Source: Candidatus Omnitrophota bacterium
GTDB taxonomy: Bacteria > Omnitrophota > Gorgyraeia > Gorgyraeales > Gorgyraeaceae
Assembly (NCBI GenBank): GCA_018819285.1
Contig: JAHJQM010000010.1
Span: 10,930 to 74,929, forward strand
Length of the DNA stretch: 64,000 nt
Direction of reading: 5' to 3'
The stretch's first letter is position 1, and each line of letters opens with the position of its first letter. Below, piece by piece: positions 28,807 to 39,232 of the stretch. A program made the translations under genes and the position numbers. The notes beneath the pieces were generated by a model, which worked only from the letters and a program-made list of their open reading frames with translations, had not been told where the DNA came from and searched no databases.

Positions 28807-30015
28807 ATGTCAATCAAAGTCATCAATGAAAAATGCGTTGGATGTAAATTATGTGTCAAGTCCTGCCCGTTCGGCGCAATAGAGATCATCAATAAAAAGG
28901 CAGTCATAGACCTTGATAAATGTACATTGTGCGGAGCGTGTATAGAATCGTGCAAGTTTGACGCCATTGTACTTACTAAGCTCAGCCCAACAGACATACA
29001 ATTTCCTAAGAAATTCGATGAATATAAAGATGTGTGGGTATTCTGCGAACAGAAAAAAGGCGTTGTACAAAGCGTTGCATATGAACTTTTGGGCAAAGGA
29101 AGAGAGCTTAGCGATACGCTTGGGAATGAATTGTGCGGAGTTTTATTAGGCGAAAATATGAAGGAGGAAGCGCATAAGATTATTCATAGAGGCGCCGACA
29201 AGGTATATCTTGTGGATTCTCCTGCGTTAAAACATTATCAGGATGAGCCATATTCAAAGGTATTAATTCAATTAATAAAAGAATATAAGCCTGAGATAGT
29301 GCTTTGCGGAGCTAGTTCGACAGGCAGGTCGTTGATATCGCGGGTTGCGATAGGCATTCATGCGGGCCTTACGGCGGATTGTACAGGCCTTGATATAGAT
29401 AAAAAAGAAAGACTTCTATTACAAACCAGGCCTGCATTCGGCGGGAATATTATGGCTACTATTATCTGCCCCAATCACAGGCCTCAGATGTCAACTGTAA
29501 GACACAAGGTAATGAAAGAAGCTGCTGAAAATAAACATCATAAAGGAAAGATCATAGAAAAAAGTTACGACAGTAATATTTATTTTTCTAGAACGAAGCT
29601 TCTTGATATTGTGGAAGAGATAGAGGAGACAGTTAATTTAACAGAGGCAAACGTGATTGTTTCCGGCGGAAGGGGTATGCAATCCCCGGAGAATTTTAAA
29701 CTTATTGAAGGCCTGGCAAAGGCTCTGGGCGGCGCTGTGGGAGCATCGCGCGCTGCAGTTGACAGCGGCTGGAAAACTTATTCGCACCAGGTTGGACAGA
29801 CAGGAAAAACAGTTTGCCCAAAGATTTACATAGCCTGTGGCATCTCTGGCCAGATACAGCATCTTGTGGGCATGCAGTCTTCAGAGATAATAGTAGCGAT
29901 AAATAAAGACCCTTATGCGCCCATATTCAGTGTGGCGACCTATGGGATAGTTGGGGATGTATTTGAAGTTGTACCGGAGCTAACCAGACAATTTAAAGAG
30001 GCGTTAAAAAGATAA
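28807..30015 (+). CDS. etfA: electron transfer flavoprotein alpha subunit with N-terminal 2x[4Fe-4S] ferredoxin domain
   Basis: CVGCKLCVKSCP and CTLCGACIESC ferredoxin motifs, then an ETF-alpha FAD-binding domain. ATG at 28807; the ORF opens at TTG 28768 inside the REP element. Confidence 0.85.
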   Translation: MSIKVINEKCVGCKLCVKSCPFGAIEIINKKAVIDLDKCTLCGACIESCKFDAIVLTKLSPTDIQFPKKFDEYKDVWVFCEQKKGVVQSVAYELLGKGRELSDTLGNELCGVLLGENMKEEAHKIIHRGADKVYLVDSPALKHYQDEPYSKVLIQLIKEYKPEIVLCGASSTGRSLISRVAIGIHAGLTADCTGLDIDKKERLLLQTRPAFGGNIMATIICPNHRPQMSTVRHKVMKEAAENKHHKGKIIEKSYDSNIYFSRTKLLDIVEEIEETVNLTEANVIVSGGRGMQSPENFKLIEGLAKALGGAVGASRAAVDSGWKTYSHQVGQTGKTVCPKIYIACGISGQIQHLVGMQSSEIIVAINKDPYAPIFSVATYGIVGDVFEVVPELTRQFKEALKR

Positions 30016-30016
30016 T

Positions 30017-33000
30017 ATGTATTTCAAATCTATAGAACTATTTGGTTTTAAATCATTCGCCGATAAAACAAGGTTGGATTTTGAGCCTGGTATTACTGCT
30101 ATTGTGGGGCCCAATGGATGCGGAAAATCTAATATTGCAGACAGCATAAAGTGGGTTCTTGGAGAACAATCTGCAAAGGTCTTGCGTGGCGGCAAAATGG
30201 AGGATGTTATATTCAACGGTACCGACGGCAAGGAACCTGTGAGTTTTGCAGAAGTTTCCCTCACGCTTTCCAATCAGGATAGGGCGTTGCCAATAGAATA
30301 TGACGAAGTTACTGTCACCAGGCGTCTCTATCGCTCAGGAGAGAGCGAGTATCTTTTAAATAAAACTCCAGTCCGGCTTAAGGATATAAATGAGCTTTTC
30401 ATGGGCACCGGTATAGGCACAAGCGCTTATTCTATTATTGAACAGGGCAAGATAGATCAGGTCTTGAGCTCAAAGCCAGAAGAGAGGCGCGAGGTTTTTG
30501 AAGAGGCGAGTGGCATTACAAAATACAAGACAAAAAAGAAAGAGGCATTGCGTAAACTGGAAGACACAGAACAAAACTTATTAAGGATAAATGATATTAT
30601 AGTAGAAGTAAAACGCCAGATCAATTCAATAGAACGCCAGGCGAAAAAGGCAGAGCGCTATAAAGAACGCTACGAAGAATTAAGGTCAATTGAGTTAAAG
30701 CTCTCGAGAATAGACCTTGAGATATTGAGGAGTAAGAACTTGAATTCCGAAGGGAATACAAGCGAGTTAAATCAGAAAGAAGCAGAGCTTGATTTGGAGT
30801 TAAATAGATTGTCACGGGATTTATCATTATTAAACAAGGACAGCTCTCATGTGGAAAACAAAAGAGTGAACCTGAAATCCAGAATAGTAGAACTTAATTC
30901 TGAAATTTCAAAAGCCAGCAATAGAATCTCTATGGATAAAGAAAGAGTGGATGAGCTTACAAAGCGCCGCTCAGGCCTTGAGGTTGAGATAAAAAAAAGC
31001 GAAGATATACTTATATCTCAAGAAAAGGAGATAGCGAATCTCAAGGAAAAGATATCTGTGCTGGAAAAGGAAGACAACGAGAGGTTCAGCAAGGTAACAG
31101 AAAAAGAAAAAAGATTTGAAGAAATATCAAAGACAGTAAAAACAAGCGAAACAGCATTGTCCAATTCAAAGGCAAATATCATAGATATTGCTTCAAGACA
31201 GGCGAAGCTGAGAAACCAGGTGGCGAAGATATCCACTACTATTTCAACCCATGACTCAAGGCTCAAGAGGCTGGAATCAGAAAAATCAACTGTCTCAGAG
31301 GAAAAAAATAACCTGCAAGCGAAATTAAACGAAGTCTTGGCAGAAATAACAGCAATTGAAAAAGAAGCAGTCAGTCTTAAGCTAGAAAGAGATTCTGTAT
31401 CCGTCTCCGTATCAGCTATCCGAAGTCATATAAACTCGCTTACAGAAGAATCCAAAAAAATAGAAACACTCCTTGCATCCAATAAATCCAAATTAGAATT
31501 TTTGGAAGAGGCAAGGCTTAGATACGAAGGGTTTTCCGCAGGCGTAAAGGCAATACTTGGAAGCCAGTCAAGGATAGACGGTGTCAGGGATTGCCTTGCA
31601 AATCTGTTAACAGTTAAAAAAGGCTATGAGGTCGCAATAGAAACAGCAATGTCTGAGTATCTGCAAAGCATAGTAGTTGATACCATGGAATCTGTGGATA
31701 AGGCTATAATGTATCTTAGAGAGCATTCATACGGCAAGGCCTCATTTATATATCCAGGGTATTTTAATTCAGCTGATATTGCGCTAGAGGCTGCTGTGGA
31801 TATTAATGACAGCCGCATCCTTGGAAAAGCAGCTGATTTTGTAAATACCGGCGATTCTTATAAAAACATCTTGAGGCATATATTGAAAGATGTTTTTATA
31901 GTAAATGACCTTAAGGATGCAAGGGCCCTGCTGGATAATACCAAGGGGCCTGCAAGGCGCAAGTTTATTACTTTGTCAGGCGAGGTGGTCGAGGATGGGT
32001 TTATAACAGGCGGGAGCTCTAAAAAGGAAGAGCTTGGCCTGATAAATAGAGATGCCAGGATAAATGAGATCCGCCAGGCAATCAGCGAGCTGGAAACGCA
32101 TTTAGGAAAACTTGAAGAAGAAAGGATTGGGAAAGAAAAAGAAGAGGGTGAGTTAAAAACTAAACTTGAAACGCTTACAAACGTAATCAGCGAAAAAAAT
32201 ATACTATTTGCTAATGTCTCCAACCAAAGGTCCAATATAGAGGAAAATATAAAAGGCATAGGAGATGAGATATCGCTTGTGAACCTTGAGATAGATGAGG
32301 TGAATTCTGAAATCTTGATTCTGAAACAGGAAGAAAAGACTTCTCTTAAGACGCTGCTAGAGCTTGAGAATGAAAGCAAGATTAATGAAGAAAGGATACA
32401 TAGTAACGAGATCCTTATAACAGAATGCGCAAAAGAAAGAGAGCAGCTTCTTGTAGAGATTGCAGAGGCAAGGACTGAGCTGGGGTCGCTCGAAAGCAAG
32501 AAGGAAGGCTTGTCGGGCACGTTGAATATACTGGAATCATCTTTGCGCGATGCCAAGAATAATGTAGAGTCCAGAAAGCTGGAAATAACGAGCTCCATTA
32601 AAAAGACGGAAGAGCTAAATATAGAGATAAGAGAATTTGAAAAAAATATAACTGTCCTGTCAGAAGAAGGTTCCGGAAGGGATAAAGAGTTGAACGAGGT
32701 AGAGGCTGTATATTCCGAGATAACAGAAAAAACAGCGTATTACGAAACTAAATCGAAAGAGATAGAAAGCCAGATAAATAATATAAGGTCAAAGATGCAT
32801 TCTGTGGATTTGCAGAAGGCGGAGGTGAATTACGGCATAGAGAATCTGACTCAACGCATAAGGGATGTTTATAAAACTGAGCTTTTGGAATTTCAACTGG
32901 CAGAAGATTGGCAGGCTTTAGATAAGGAAATCCTGAAAAATAATGTAGAGGAAATGCGCAATCAATTGGATTCCATGGGTGCGGTAAATCTGATAGCTAT

Positions 33001-33604
33001 AGAGGAGAATAAAGAGCTTCAAGATAGATTTGTATTTTTGACAACCCAGAGAGATGACTTATTAAAGGCAAAAGACAGCATATTGGAGGCAATTAATAAA
33101 ATAAATAAAACAACAAAAGAGCTCTTTATGGAAACATTCAAGAATATTCAAGTGGAATTCAGAAACTTTTTCAAAATGCTTTTTGGAGGAGGAGATGGAG
33201 AACTTATGCTCCTGGATGATGGCAATGTGCTTGAGTGCGGGATTGAAATAGTCGCAAGGCCTCCGGGGAAAAGACTTCAAAATGTTTCGCTTCTTTCAGG
33301 AGGAGAAAAAGCCCTTACCGCAGTAGCTCTTATATTTGCAATATTTAAAGTAAAGCCAAGCCCATTCTGCGTTTTGGATGAAATAGACGCGCCTCTTGAT
33401 GAATCAAATGTTGACAGATTTTCAAGAAGCCTCGATATGTTTACAAATACATCCCAATTTATCGTTGTAACTCACAATAAAAAGACCATTGATAAGGCTG
33501 ATGTGATGTATGGCATTACTATGCAGCAATCTGGCGTATCAAAGGTTGTTTCTGTGAAATTCTCAGATGCGAAGAAACAGGAAGCGGTAGAGCCGAAGGT
33601 TTAA
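30017..33604 (+). CDS. smc: chromosome segregation protein SMC
   Basis: Walker A GPNGCGKSN, long coiled coils, hinge, and C-terminal LSGGEKALTAVALIFA and Walker B DEIDAPLD; 1195 aa. Confidence 0.9.
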   Translation: MYFKSIELFGFKSFADKTRLDFEPGITAIVGPNGCGKSNIADSIKWVLGEQSAKVLRGGKMEDVIFNGTDGKEPVSFAEVSLTLSNQDRALPIEYDEVTVTRRLYRSGESEYLLNKTPVRLKDINELFMGTGIGTSAYSIIEQGKIDQVLSSKPEERREVFEEASGITKYKTKKKEALRKLEDTEQNLLRINDIIVEVKRQINSIERQAKKAERYKERYEELRSIELKLSRIDLEILRSKNLNSEGNTSELNQKEAELDLELNRLSRDLSLLNKDSSHVENKRVNLKSRIVELNSEISKASNRISMDKERVDELTKRRSGLEVEIKKSEDILISQEKEIANLKEKISVLEKEDNERFSKVTEKEKRFEEISKTVKTSETALSNSKANIIDIASRQAKLRNQVAKISTTISTHDSRLKRLESEKSTVSEEKNNLQAKLNEVLAEITAIEKEAVSLKLERDSVSVSVSAIRSHINSLTEESKKIETLLASNKSKLEFLEEARLRYEGFSAGVKAILGSQSRIDGVRDCLANLLTVKKGYEVAIETAMSEYLQSIVVDTMESVDKAIMYLREHSYGKASFIYPGYFNSADIALEAAVDINDSRILGKAADFVNTGDSYKNILRHILKDVFIVNDLKDARALLDNTKGPARRKFITLSGEVVEDGFITGGSSKKEELGLINRDARINEIRQAISELETHLGKLEEERIGKEKEEGELKTKLETLTNVISEKNILFANVSNQRSNIEENIKGIGDEISLVNLEIDEVNSEILILKQEEKTSLKTLLELENESKINEERIHSNEILITECAKEREQLLVEIAEARTELGSLESKKEGLSGTLNILESSLRDAKNNVESRKLEITSSIKKTEELNIEIREFEKNITVLSEEGSGRDKELNEVEAVYSEITEKTAYYETKSKEIESQINNIRSKMHSVDLQKAEVNYGIENLTQRIRDVYKTELLEFQLAEDWQALDKEILKNNVEEMRNQLDSMGAVNLIAIEENKELQDRFVFLTTQRDDLLKAKDSILEAINKINKTTKELFMETFKNIQVEFRNFFKMLFGGGDGELMLLDDGNVLECGIEIVARPPGKRLQNVSLLSGGEKALTAVALIFAIFKVKPSPFCVLDEIDAPLDESNVDRFSRSLDMFTNTSQFIVVTHNKKTIDKADVMYGITMQQSGVSKVVSVKFSDAKKQEAVEPKV

Positions 33605-34746
33605 GCGCAGATTTTATTTTTGCCAGATCTTTTGGCTTCGTAGAGAGCCCTGTCAGCATAGGCTATCAAATCCTCTTTTTTCTCTCCGTCTTCAGGAAAC
33701 GATGAGACACCTATACTTATAGTTATATTTTTAAGGCCAGGGCTTGTTTCAACAGCCCTTCTTATGCGCTCAGCCAGGATAAGCGCTTCTTCTTTTTTTG
33801 TTATAGGAAGGATTATACCGAATTCTTCTCCGCCATAACGCGCTACTGCATCTATCTTTCTTGAAACATCCCTGAATATTTTCGAAATTTCCCTGATGAT
33901 ACTGTCGCCTGCCTGATGGCCATAGGTGTCATTGAAGACCTTAAAGTTATCTATGTCAATCATAAGAAGCGTAAAGCAAAATTTCATAAGAGAAGATTTT
34001 TTTATCTCTTCTTCCAACAGGTACTGAAAATATCCGTGGTTCCATAATCCTGTAAGAGAATCAGAATTTGAAAGCACCACAGTCTGTTCATAAAGCCTGG
34101 AGTTTTCAATTGCGAGGCCTGCCTGGTTTGCGAACATGGTCAATACTCTAACAGCGTCATTTGTTATGGGGTTTTTGTTAAATCTATTATCCGCCAGCAG
34201 GACGCCTATTACCTTATCCTTTGCTTTTAAAGGCACTGTCACAAATTCGTCCAGATCCAAAATGATGGAAAATTCATTTTTCACTTTTTGTTTTGCCTCC
34301 AGAGTATTGATTATAAAAGGCAGGCCTTCCATGACTGTGAGCGCGATTACTCCTGAATCTTCTCTGATAGGAATTTTTATTGATTTTATTGTCTGATTGA
34401 GCTTGGATTTTTTGAGATTATCGAATTGGGTTTCTATACTTATCAGTTCCTCTAGTCCGATTTTATTTTTCTCTATATGTGTCCAGATTTTAGAAGCATC
34501 TTCTGCGCTGTCAGGGCCTATGCCCATTTTGCCTTCCAGCCGGTTTTCTTTTTCATTCACAAGGAAAAGCATGGCTCTGTTAAAGCTCAGGCCTGCATGG
34601 GATGTGGCAGCTGTAAGTATAATATAGAGAATTTCCTCCAGATTGAGTGTGGTGCGCATGGCATTGCCTATATCATAAAGCATTTCCAACTCAGTCCTTG
34701 TCTTGCTTAACTCTTCCTGGTAATTTTCATTTTCTATATTGGCCAT
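33601..34746 (-). CDS. GAF-domain diguanylate cyclase (GGDEF, GGEEF active site, RxxD I-site)
   Basis: N-terminal GAF; C-terminal GGDEF with RKIDAVARYGGEEF; 381 aa; convergent with smc. Confidence 0.85.
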   Translation of the reverse strand: MANIENENYQEELSKTRTELEMLYDIGNAMRTTLNLEEILYIILTAATSHAGLSFNRAMLFLVNEKENRLEGKMGIGPDSAEDASKIWTHIEKNKIGLEELISIETQFDNLKKSKLNQTIKSIKIPIREDSGVIALTVMEGLPFIINTLEAKQKVKNEFSIILDLDEFVTVPLKAKDKVIGVLLADNRFNKNPITNDAVRVLTMFANQAGLAIENSRLYEQTVVLSNSDSLTGLWNHGYFQYLLEEEIKKSSLMKFCFTLLMIDIDNFKVFNDTYGHQAGDSIIREISKIFRDVSRKIDAVARYGGEEFGIILPITKKEEALILAERIRRAVETSPGLKNITISIGVSSFPEDGEKKEDLIAYADRALYEAKRSGKNKICA

Positions 34747-34794
34747 ATTTTAATTATACCATATGCATCTAATTATGCAAAAGGTAAATAAGGG

Positions 34795-34823
34795 TTGACA
34801 GAAAAGTATAAGTTGGTATAATA
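34795..34823 (+). promoter_or_regulatory. consensus sigma70 promoter TTGACA-N17-TATAAT driving the FMN riboswitch/rib operon
   Basis: Seen in sequence (gggTTGACAgaaaagtataagttggtTATAATac). Confidence 0.7.
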
Positions 34824-34828
34824 CATAT

Positions 34829-34948
34829 AATCTTCGGGAGAGGGTGAAATTCCCCACCGGCGGTACAGTCCGCGAGCTCTCATAAAAGAGGGCAGACTTG
34901 GTGCGATTCCAGGACCGATTGTGAAAGGCTAGATGGTAGAAGATAAGT
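34829..34948 (+). ncRNA. FMN riboswitch (RFN element) aptamer
   Basis: TCTTCGGGAGAGGGTGAAATTCCCCACCGGCGGTA … AGAGGGCAGACTTGGTGCGATTCCAGGACCGATTGTGAAAGGCTAGATGG matches the conserved RFN core; upstream of ribBA. Confidence 0.85.
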
Positions 34949-34964
34949 ATAGTATTTTTATATT

Positions 34965-34992
34965 GCCCGAAGATTTTCTTCGGGCGTTTTAA
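34965..34992 (+). terminator. riboswitch expression-platform intrinsic terminator (GCCCGAAGA-TTTT-CTTCGGGC followed by GTTTTAATT)
   Basis: Seen in sequence between the aptamer and ribBA. Confidence 0.75.
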
Positions 34993-35041
34993 TTACAGGA
35001 ACCTTATCCCGATCGCCGAACGCCGAACGGGAACGGAATGC

Positions 35042-36250
35042 TTGACTGTTATGAAATTCAATACAATACCTGAAATTATTAAGGATCTGAGAAAAGGCAA
35101 GATGGTCATTGTTGTGGATGACGAAGACCGCGAAAACGAGGGAGACCTTGTTATTGCAGCCAGCTTTGCTACGCCTTCAGCGATTAATTTCATAATAAAG
35201 TATGCCAGGGGGCTTGTGTGCATGCCCATGGAAGGCGAAAGGCTCGATGAGCTTGGGCTGCATCCAATGTTTGAGGACAATCAGGATACGTTTAAGACTG
35301 CATGGGCTATCTCTGTGGATGCTAAAAAAAGGACGACTACAGGCATATCCGCTCATGACAGATCAGTTACTGTAAAGGACCTTATAAGCCCTAATACAAA
35401 ACCCGATGATCTTGCAAGGCCTGGCCATGTATTTCCTTTGCGGGCAAAAGATGGCGGAGTTTTAACACGAGCGGGCCATACAGAGGCATGCGTTGATTTA
35501 ATGAAGCTGGCAGGATTGTATCCTGCAGGGGTTATATGCGAGATAATAAATGATGACGGCACCATGGCCAGGCAGAAAGACCTGGCAAGATTTTCAAAAA
35601 AATATAAACTTAAAATATGCACGATTGCCAGTTTAATTAATTACAGGCGGAAATCAGAGAGGCTAGTGACTTGCATTGCCTCCAGCCAAATCCCTACAGA
35701 TTATGGGATTTTTAAATTATATCTTTATGAATCAAGTGTTGATAAATATCAGCATATAGCGCTTGTAAAAGGCGATGTGAAAGGAAAAAGAGATGTTTTA
35801 GTGCGCGTACATTCAGAATGCCTTACAGGCGATATATTTGGCTCTAGAAGATGCGATTGCGGGGAACAGCTTCGTAAGACTATGAAACTTATAGGAGAAA
35901 GACCAAGGGGCGTTCTTTTATATATGAGGCAGGAAGGCCGCGGCATAGGACTGGCGAATAAGATAAAGGCATATACGCTGCAGGATAAAGGCTTTGATAC
36001 AGTAGAGGCAAATGAACAGCTTGGTTTTAAGCCGGATTTGAGGGATTATGGCATAGGCGCTCAAATACTAGCAGACTTGGGATTGAAGACGATACAGCTT
36101 ATTACAAATAATCCGCGCAAGATAGTGGGTTTATCAGGTTATGGACTGGAGGTGGTAAAAAGGGTTCCTATGGAAGTGCAGCCTAATAGCGCTAATAAGA
36201 GGTATCTGGAAACCAAGAAGGAAAAATTAGGACATAAATTGAAATTTTAA
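35042..36250 (+). CDS. ribBA: bifunctional 3,4-dihydroxy-2-butanone-4-phosphate synthase / GTP cyclohydrolase II
   Basis: DHBP synthase N-terminal domain (…DRENEGDL…) plus GTP cyclohydrolase II with the CxxC…C zinc site ([15 protein letters not shown]). The start may instead be the ATG at 35051. Confidence 0.9.
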   Translation: MTVMKFNTIPEIIKDLRKGKMVIVVDDEDRENEGDLVIAASFATPSAINFIIKYARGLVCMPMEGERLDELGLHPMFEDNQDTFKTAWAISVDAKKRTTTGISAHDRSVTVKDLISPNTKPDDLARPGHVFPLRAKDGGVLTRAGHTEACVDLMKLAGLYPAGVICEIINDDGTMARQKDLARFSKKYKLKICTIASLINYRRKSERLVTCIASSQIPTDYGIFKLYLYESSVDKYQHIALVKGDVKGKRDVLVRVHSECLTGDIFGSRRCDCGEQLRKTMKLIGERPRGVLLYMRQEGRGIGLANKIKAYTLQDKGFDTVEANEQLGFKPDLRDYGIGAQILADLGLKTIQLITNNPRKIVGLSGYGLEVVKRVPMEVQPNSANKRYLETKKEKLGHKLKF

Positions 36251-36327
36251 AAGGTCCCTCGCAGCCTGATGAAAAATAATGGCTGCTCGGGATCAAATTT
36301 TGTTTCACAAAATTTGGGAGGTGTAGC
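36250..36327 (+). promoter_or_regulatory. dual-hairpin 5' leader L2, copy 1 (GGTCCCTCGCAGCC…GGCTGCTCGGGATC; CAAATTTTGT-TTC-ACAAAATTTG; GGGAGG Shine-Dalgarno)
   Basis: Seen in sequence. Paralogous to 54184-54277 with compensatory base changes in both stems. Confidence 0.7.
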
Positions 36328-36792
36328 ATGTATAAAGTAATTCAGGGAGAACTTATTGCAAAGGGCAGGAAATTTGGTATCATAGCATCTAGATTCAATG
36401 ACTTTATTACCAACAGGCTGCTGGAAGGATGCGTTGATGAACTTGCAAGACATGGCGCGAAAGATAGCGATATGGAGGTTGTCTGGGCTCCTGGCGCATT
36501 TGAAATACCTGTTCTTGCTAATCATATGGCGAAGAGCAAAAAATATGATTCAATAATATGCCTAGGCACTATAATAAAAGGAGCAACGCCTCATTTTGAT
36601 TATATTGCAAGCGAGGCGTCAAAAGGCATTGCGAATATTTCTTTAAATACAGGCGTGCCTTTGATATTCGGAATAATTACAGCTGATTCAATAGAGCAGG
36701 CAATAGAAAGAGCAGGCACGAAACAGGGCAACAAAGGCCGTGACGCAGCCCGTTCAGCTATTGAAATGGCTAACCTGGTGGCGGAACTTTAA
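36328..36792 (+). CDS. ribH: 6,7-dimethyl-8-ribityllumazine synthase
   Basis: Full-length lumazine synthase match; 154 aa. Confidence 0.9.
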   Translation: MYKVIQGELIAKGRKFGIIASRFNDFITNRLLEGCVDELARHGAKDSDMEVVWAPGAFEIPVLANHMAKSKKYDSIICLGTIIKGATPHFDYIASEASKGIANISLNTGVPLIFGIITADSIEQAIERAGTKQGNKGRDAARSAIEMANLVAEL

Positions 36793-36793
36793 T

Positions 36794-37222
36794 ATGCGTA
36801 AACGCACTTTTGCAAGGGAATGCGCTTTAAAGATCCTTTATAGGATAGAGATTTCTAAAGAGTCTGTAGATTCTAGCTTTAAAGACTTCTGGTCAAAAGC
36901 GTCTGAGTCTATAAATAAGGAATCCCATGATTTTGCTGAAACGCTGGTAAAAGGCACATGCGAAAATATTAAGACAATAGATGAGACTATTTCAAAATAT
37001 ACGGATAATTGGGATATCTCCAGGATGGCTGTCATAGACAGGAACATTATGCGCATGTCTATATATGAGATGCTTTATAGAGATGATATACCGCCAAACG
37101 TTTCTATAAACGAGGCTATAGAGCTTGCCAAAAAATATGGGGATGTTGATTCTGGAAAGTTTGTAAATGGGATACTTGATAAAATAAAAAAAGTAGAATT
37201 AAAAGATAAATGGGCAAAGTAG
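36794..37222 (+). CDS. nusB: transcription antitermination factor NusB
   Basis: [16 protein letters not shown]… NusB family. The internal ATG at 36794 was chosen, just after the ribH stop. Confidence 0.85.
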   Translation: MRKRTFARECALKILYRIEISKESVDSSFKDFWSKASESINKESHDFAETLVKGTCENIKTIDETISKYTDNWDISRMAVIDRNIMRMSIYEMLYRDDIPPNVSINEAIELAKKYGDVDSGKFVNGILDKIKKVELKDKWAK

Positions 37223-38055
37223 CTGACCTTCATGTTCATACAGATGTTTCCGATGGCACCTTTTCTCCTAAAAAGGTTGTTGGATTAGCCAAGCTGGAAG
37301 GCCTGGACGCTATTGCAATAACAGACCATGACACTTGCGCTGCGATTACTCCTGCCATTATAATTGCAAAGGATATGGATATAGAGATTATCCCTGGTGT
37401 GGAATTGACTGCAGAATTGGAAGACGGTGAAATACATATACTGGGGTATTTTATAGACTGGCAGGATAGCTCATTTATAAAAAAACTGGAAGAATTGTGC
37501 AGGGTCAGGGAAGAGAGGGCAAAAGAGATTTTAAGAAGGCTGAGCGAACAGGGCATTGATTTGAAATATGAGGATTTACTGGAAATTGTGGGTTCTAGGA
37601 CTGGCTCTGTGGGAAGACTGCACATAGCAAATCTTTTGTATAAAAAAGGAAAGGTAGCTTGTATTAGAGAAGCATTTACAAAATATATTGGTAATGATTC
37701 GCCTGCGTATGTAAAGAAATTCAAATTATCTCCAAAAGAGGCAGTGGATATGATAAAAGCTGTAGGCGGGGTCAGTGTTCTAGCTCATCCTAAAACAATT
37801 AATATAGAAACTAAACCTTTAAAAGATATTGTAAAAATGCTTGCAGGTGAAGGCATACAGGGTATAGAGGCGTATCATTCAGATCATAATAACAGGGAAT
37901 CATCCGAATTCAAGAAACTGGCAAGCGAATATGGCTTGCTTATAACAGGCGGCTCTGATTGCCATGGGCTTGGGAAAAAAGAGGTACTGCTGGGCAAGGT
38001 AAAGGTTCCGTATGAGCTTGTGGAAAAGCTAAGAGATGCGGCGATAGCAAGGTAA
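37210..38055 (+). CDS. PHP-domain phosphoesterase (TrpH/YciV/RNase AM family)
   Basis: [11 protein letters not shown]… and ITDHDT PHP motifs; 281 aa. Confidence 0.7.
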   Translation: MGKVADLHVHTDVSDGTFSPKKVVGLAKLEGLDAIAITDHDTCAAITPAIIIAKDMDIEIIPGVELTAELEDGEIHILGYFIDWQDSSFIKKLEELCRVREERAKEILRRLSEQGIDLKYEDLLEIVGSRTGSVGRLHIANLLYKKGKVACIREAFTKYIGNDSPAYVKKFKLSPKEAVDMIKAVGGVSVLAHPKTINIETKPLKDIVKMLAGEGIQGIEAYHSDHNNRESSEFKKLASEYGLLITGGSDCHGLGKKEVLLGKVKVPYELVEKLRDAAIAR

Positions 38056-38058
38056 TTT

Positions 38059-39162
38059 ATGAAAAGACATGAATTTTTTATGAGAAAGGTTTTGGATCTG
38101 GCTGAAAAAGGAAAAAGTACTACCAGCCCTAATCCTATGGTAGGCGCGTTGGTCGTAAAGAATGGGAAAATTATAGCAAGCGCTTATCATAGACGGCCAG
38201 GAGGCCTGCACGCAGAGGCTATCGCGCTAAAAAGAATTGGCCAGAAAGCAAGAGGCGCGACGCTTTATGTGAATCTTGAGCCATGCGCCCATTTAGGAAG
38301 AACGCCTCCATGCTCAAAGGCAATTATAAAAAGCGGGATAAAAGAGGTTTATTGCTCAATGATTGACCCAAATCCTTTGAATAATGGAAAAGGCAAAAAG
38401 GAATTAGAGAAAAATGGCGTTAACGTTAGAGTGGGGATTTTAGCTAAAGAAGCAGCAAAGTTAAACGAAGTTTTTATAAAATATGTTACAAAGAAGATGC
38501 CTTTTGTGACAATAAAGGTTGCCGAGTCTCTAGACGGCAAGATAGCTACAAAGACAATGGATTCCAAATGGATTACAGCGGATGAGTCCAGAGATTATTC
38601 GCACAGGCTGCGCAGCGAGATGGATGCTGTGCTTGTGGGCGTGAATACAATAATGAGAGATAACCCTATCCTGACTTCAAGAAAGAATAAATCACCTATA
38701 AAGATTGTGCTAGATTCAAATCTAAGGGTTCCTGAAAGCGCAAAGATTTTTTCAAAGGAATCTCCGGCGCTGAATATAGTGGCAATCCTGAGAAAGTCAT
38801 TAAAGGTCTCGCATATATTAAAAAAAGTGGAGAGATTTAATAAAAAAGGAATTCTCATTATAGCGTGCCCTGGCAAGAATAACAGGATTAACCTGGAATG
38901 GCTTTTAAAAGAGCTGGCAGAACTTGAGATCAGCCGCTTATTAGTAGAAGGCGGAGGAGATACTATAGCAGGATTTTTAGAGCAAGACTTTGTAGATAAG
39001 GCCTTATTTTTCATAGCCCCAAAGATTATAGGCGGCAGAAATGCAGTGACTTCTGTTGAAGGCAGGGGCGTAGAGAAAGTAAGGCAGGCCATAGAACTGA
39101 AAGACATGAAAGTTAAAATGCTTGGCGAAGATATTTTAGTAAGCGGCAGGCCGGTAAGTTGA
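38059..39162 (+). CDS. ribD: bifunctional riboflavin biosynthesis deaminase/reductase RibD
   Basis: CMP/dCMP-type deaminase zinc motif (HAEAIAL … PCAHLGRTPPC) plus a RibD_C reductase domain; 367 aa. Confidence 0.9.
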   Translation: MKRHEFFMRKVLDLAEKGKSTTSPNPMVGALVVKNGKIIASAYHRRPGGLHAEAIALKRIGQKARGATLYVNLEPCAHLGRTPPCSKAIIKSGIKEVYCSMIDPNPLNNGKGKKELEKNGVNVRVGILAKEAAKLNEVFIKYVTKKMPFVTIKVAESLDGKIATKTMDSKWITADESRDYSHRLRSEMDAVLVGVNTIMRDNPILTSRKNKSPIKIVLDSNLRVPESAKIFSKESPALNIVAILRKSLKVSHILKKVERFNKKGILIIACPGKNNRINLEWLLKELAELEISRLLVEGGGDTIAGFLEQDFVDKALFFIAPKIIGGRNAVTSVEGRGVEKVRQAIELKDMKVKMLGEDILVSGRPVS

Positions 39163-39211
39163 CACTCTGACATTGTCAGAGTGTCAACTTACAATGTCAG
39201 AGTGTCAACTT
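39156..39211 (+). repeat. REP-like palindromic hairpin element, copy E, with an extra duplicated half-site (1.5 copies)
   Basis: AAGTTGACACTCTGACATTGTCAGAGTGTCAACTT followed by ACAATGTCAGAGTGTCAACTT. Its internal TGA terminates ribD. Confidence 0.9.
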
Positions 39212-39232
39212 ATATACTAGAGAGAGGAGTTC

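Noticed and set aside
31858-32598. 246-aa minus-strand ORF (Ser/Leu-rich) and many other 60-180-aa ORFs antisense to smc, fabG, ribD, recG, galT and gap (e.g. 12539-13078, 38595-39173, 45702-46121)
   Set aside because: They lie entirely inside well-supported genes on the opposite strand, have low-complexity composition and no Shine-Dalgarno or start context. These are typical antisense artefacts in AT-rich DNA.
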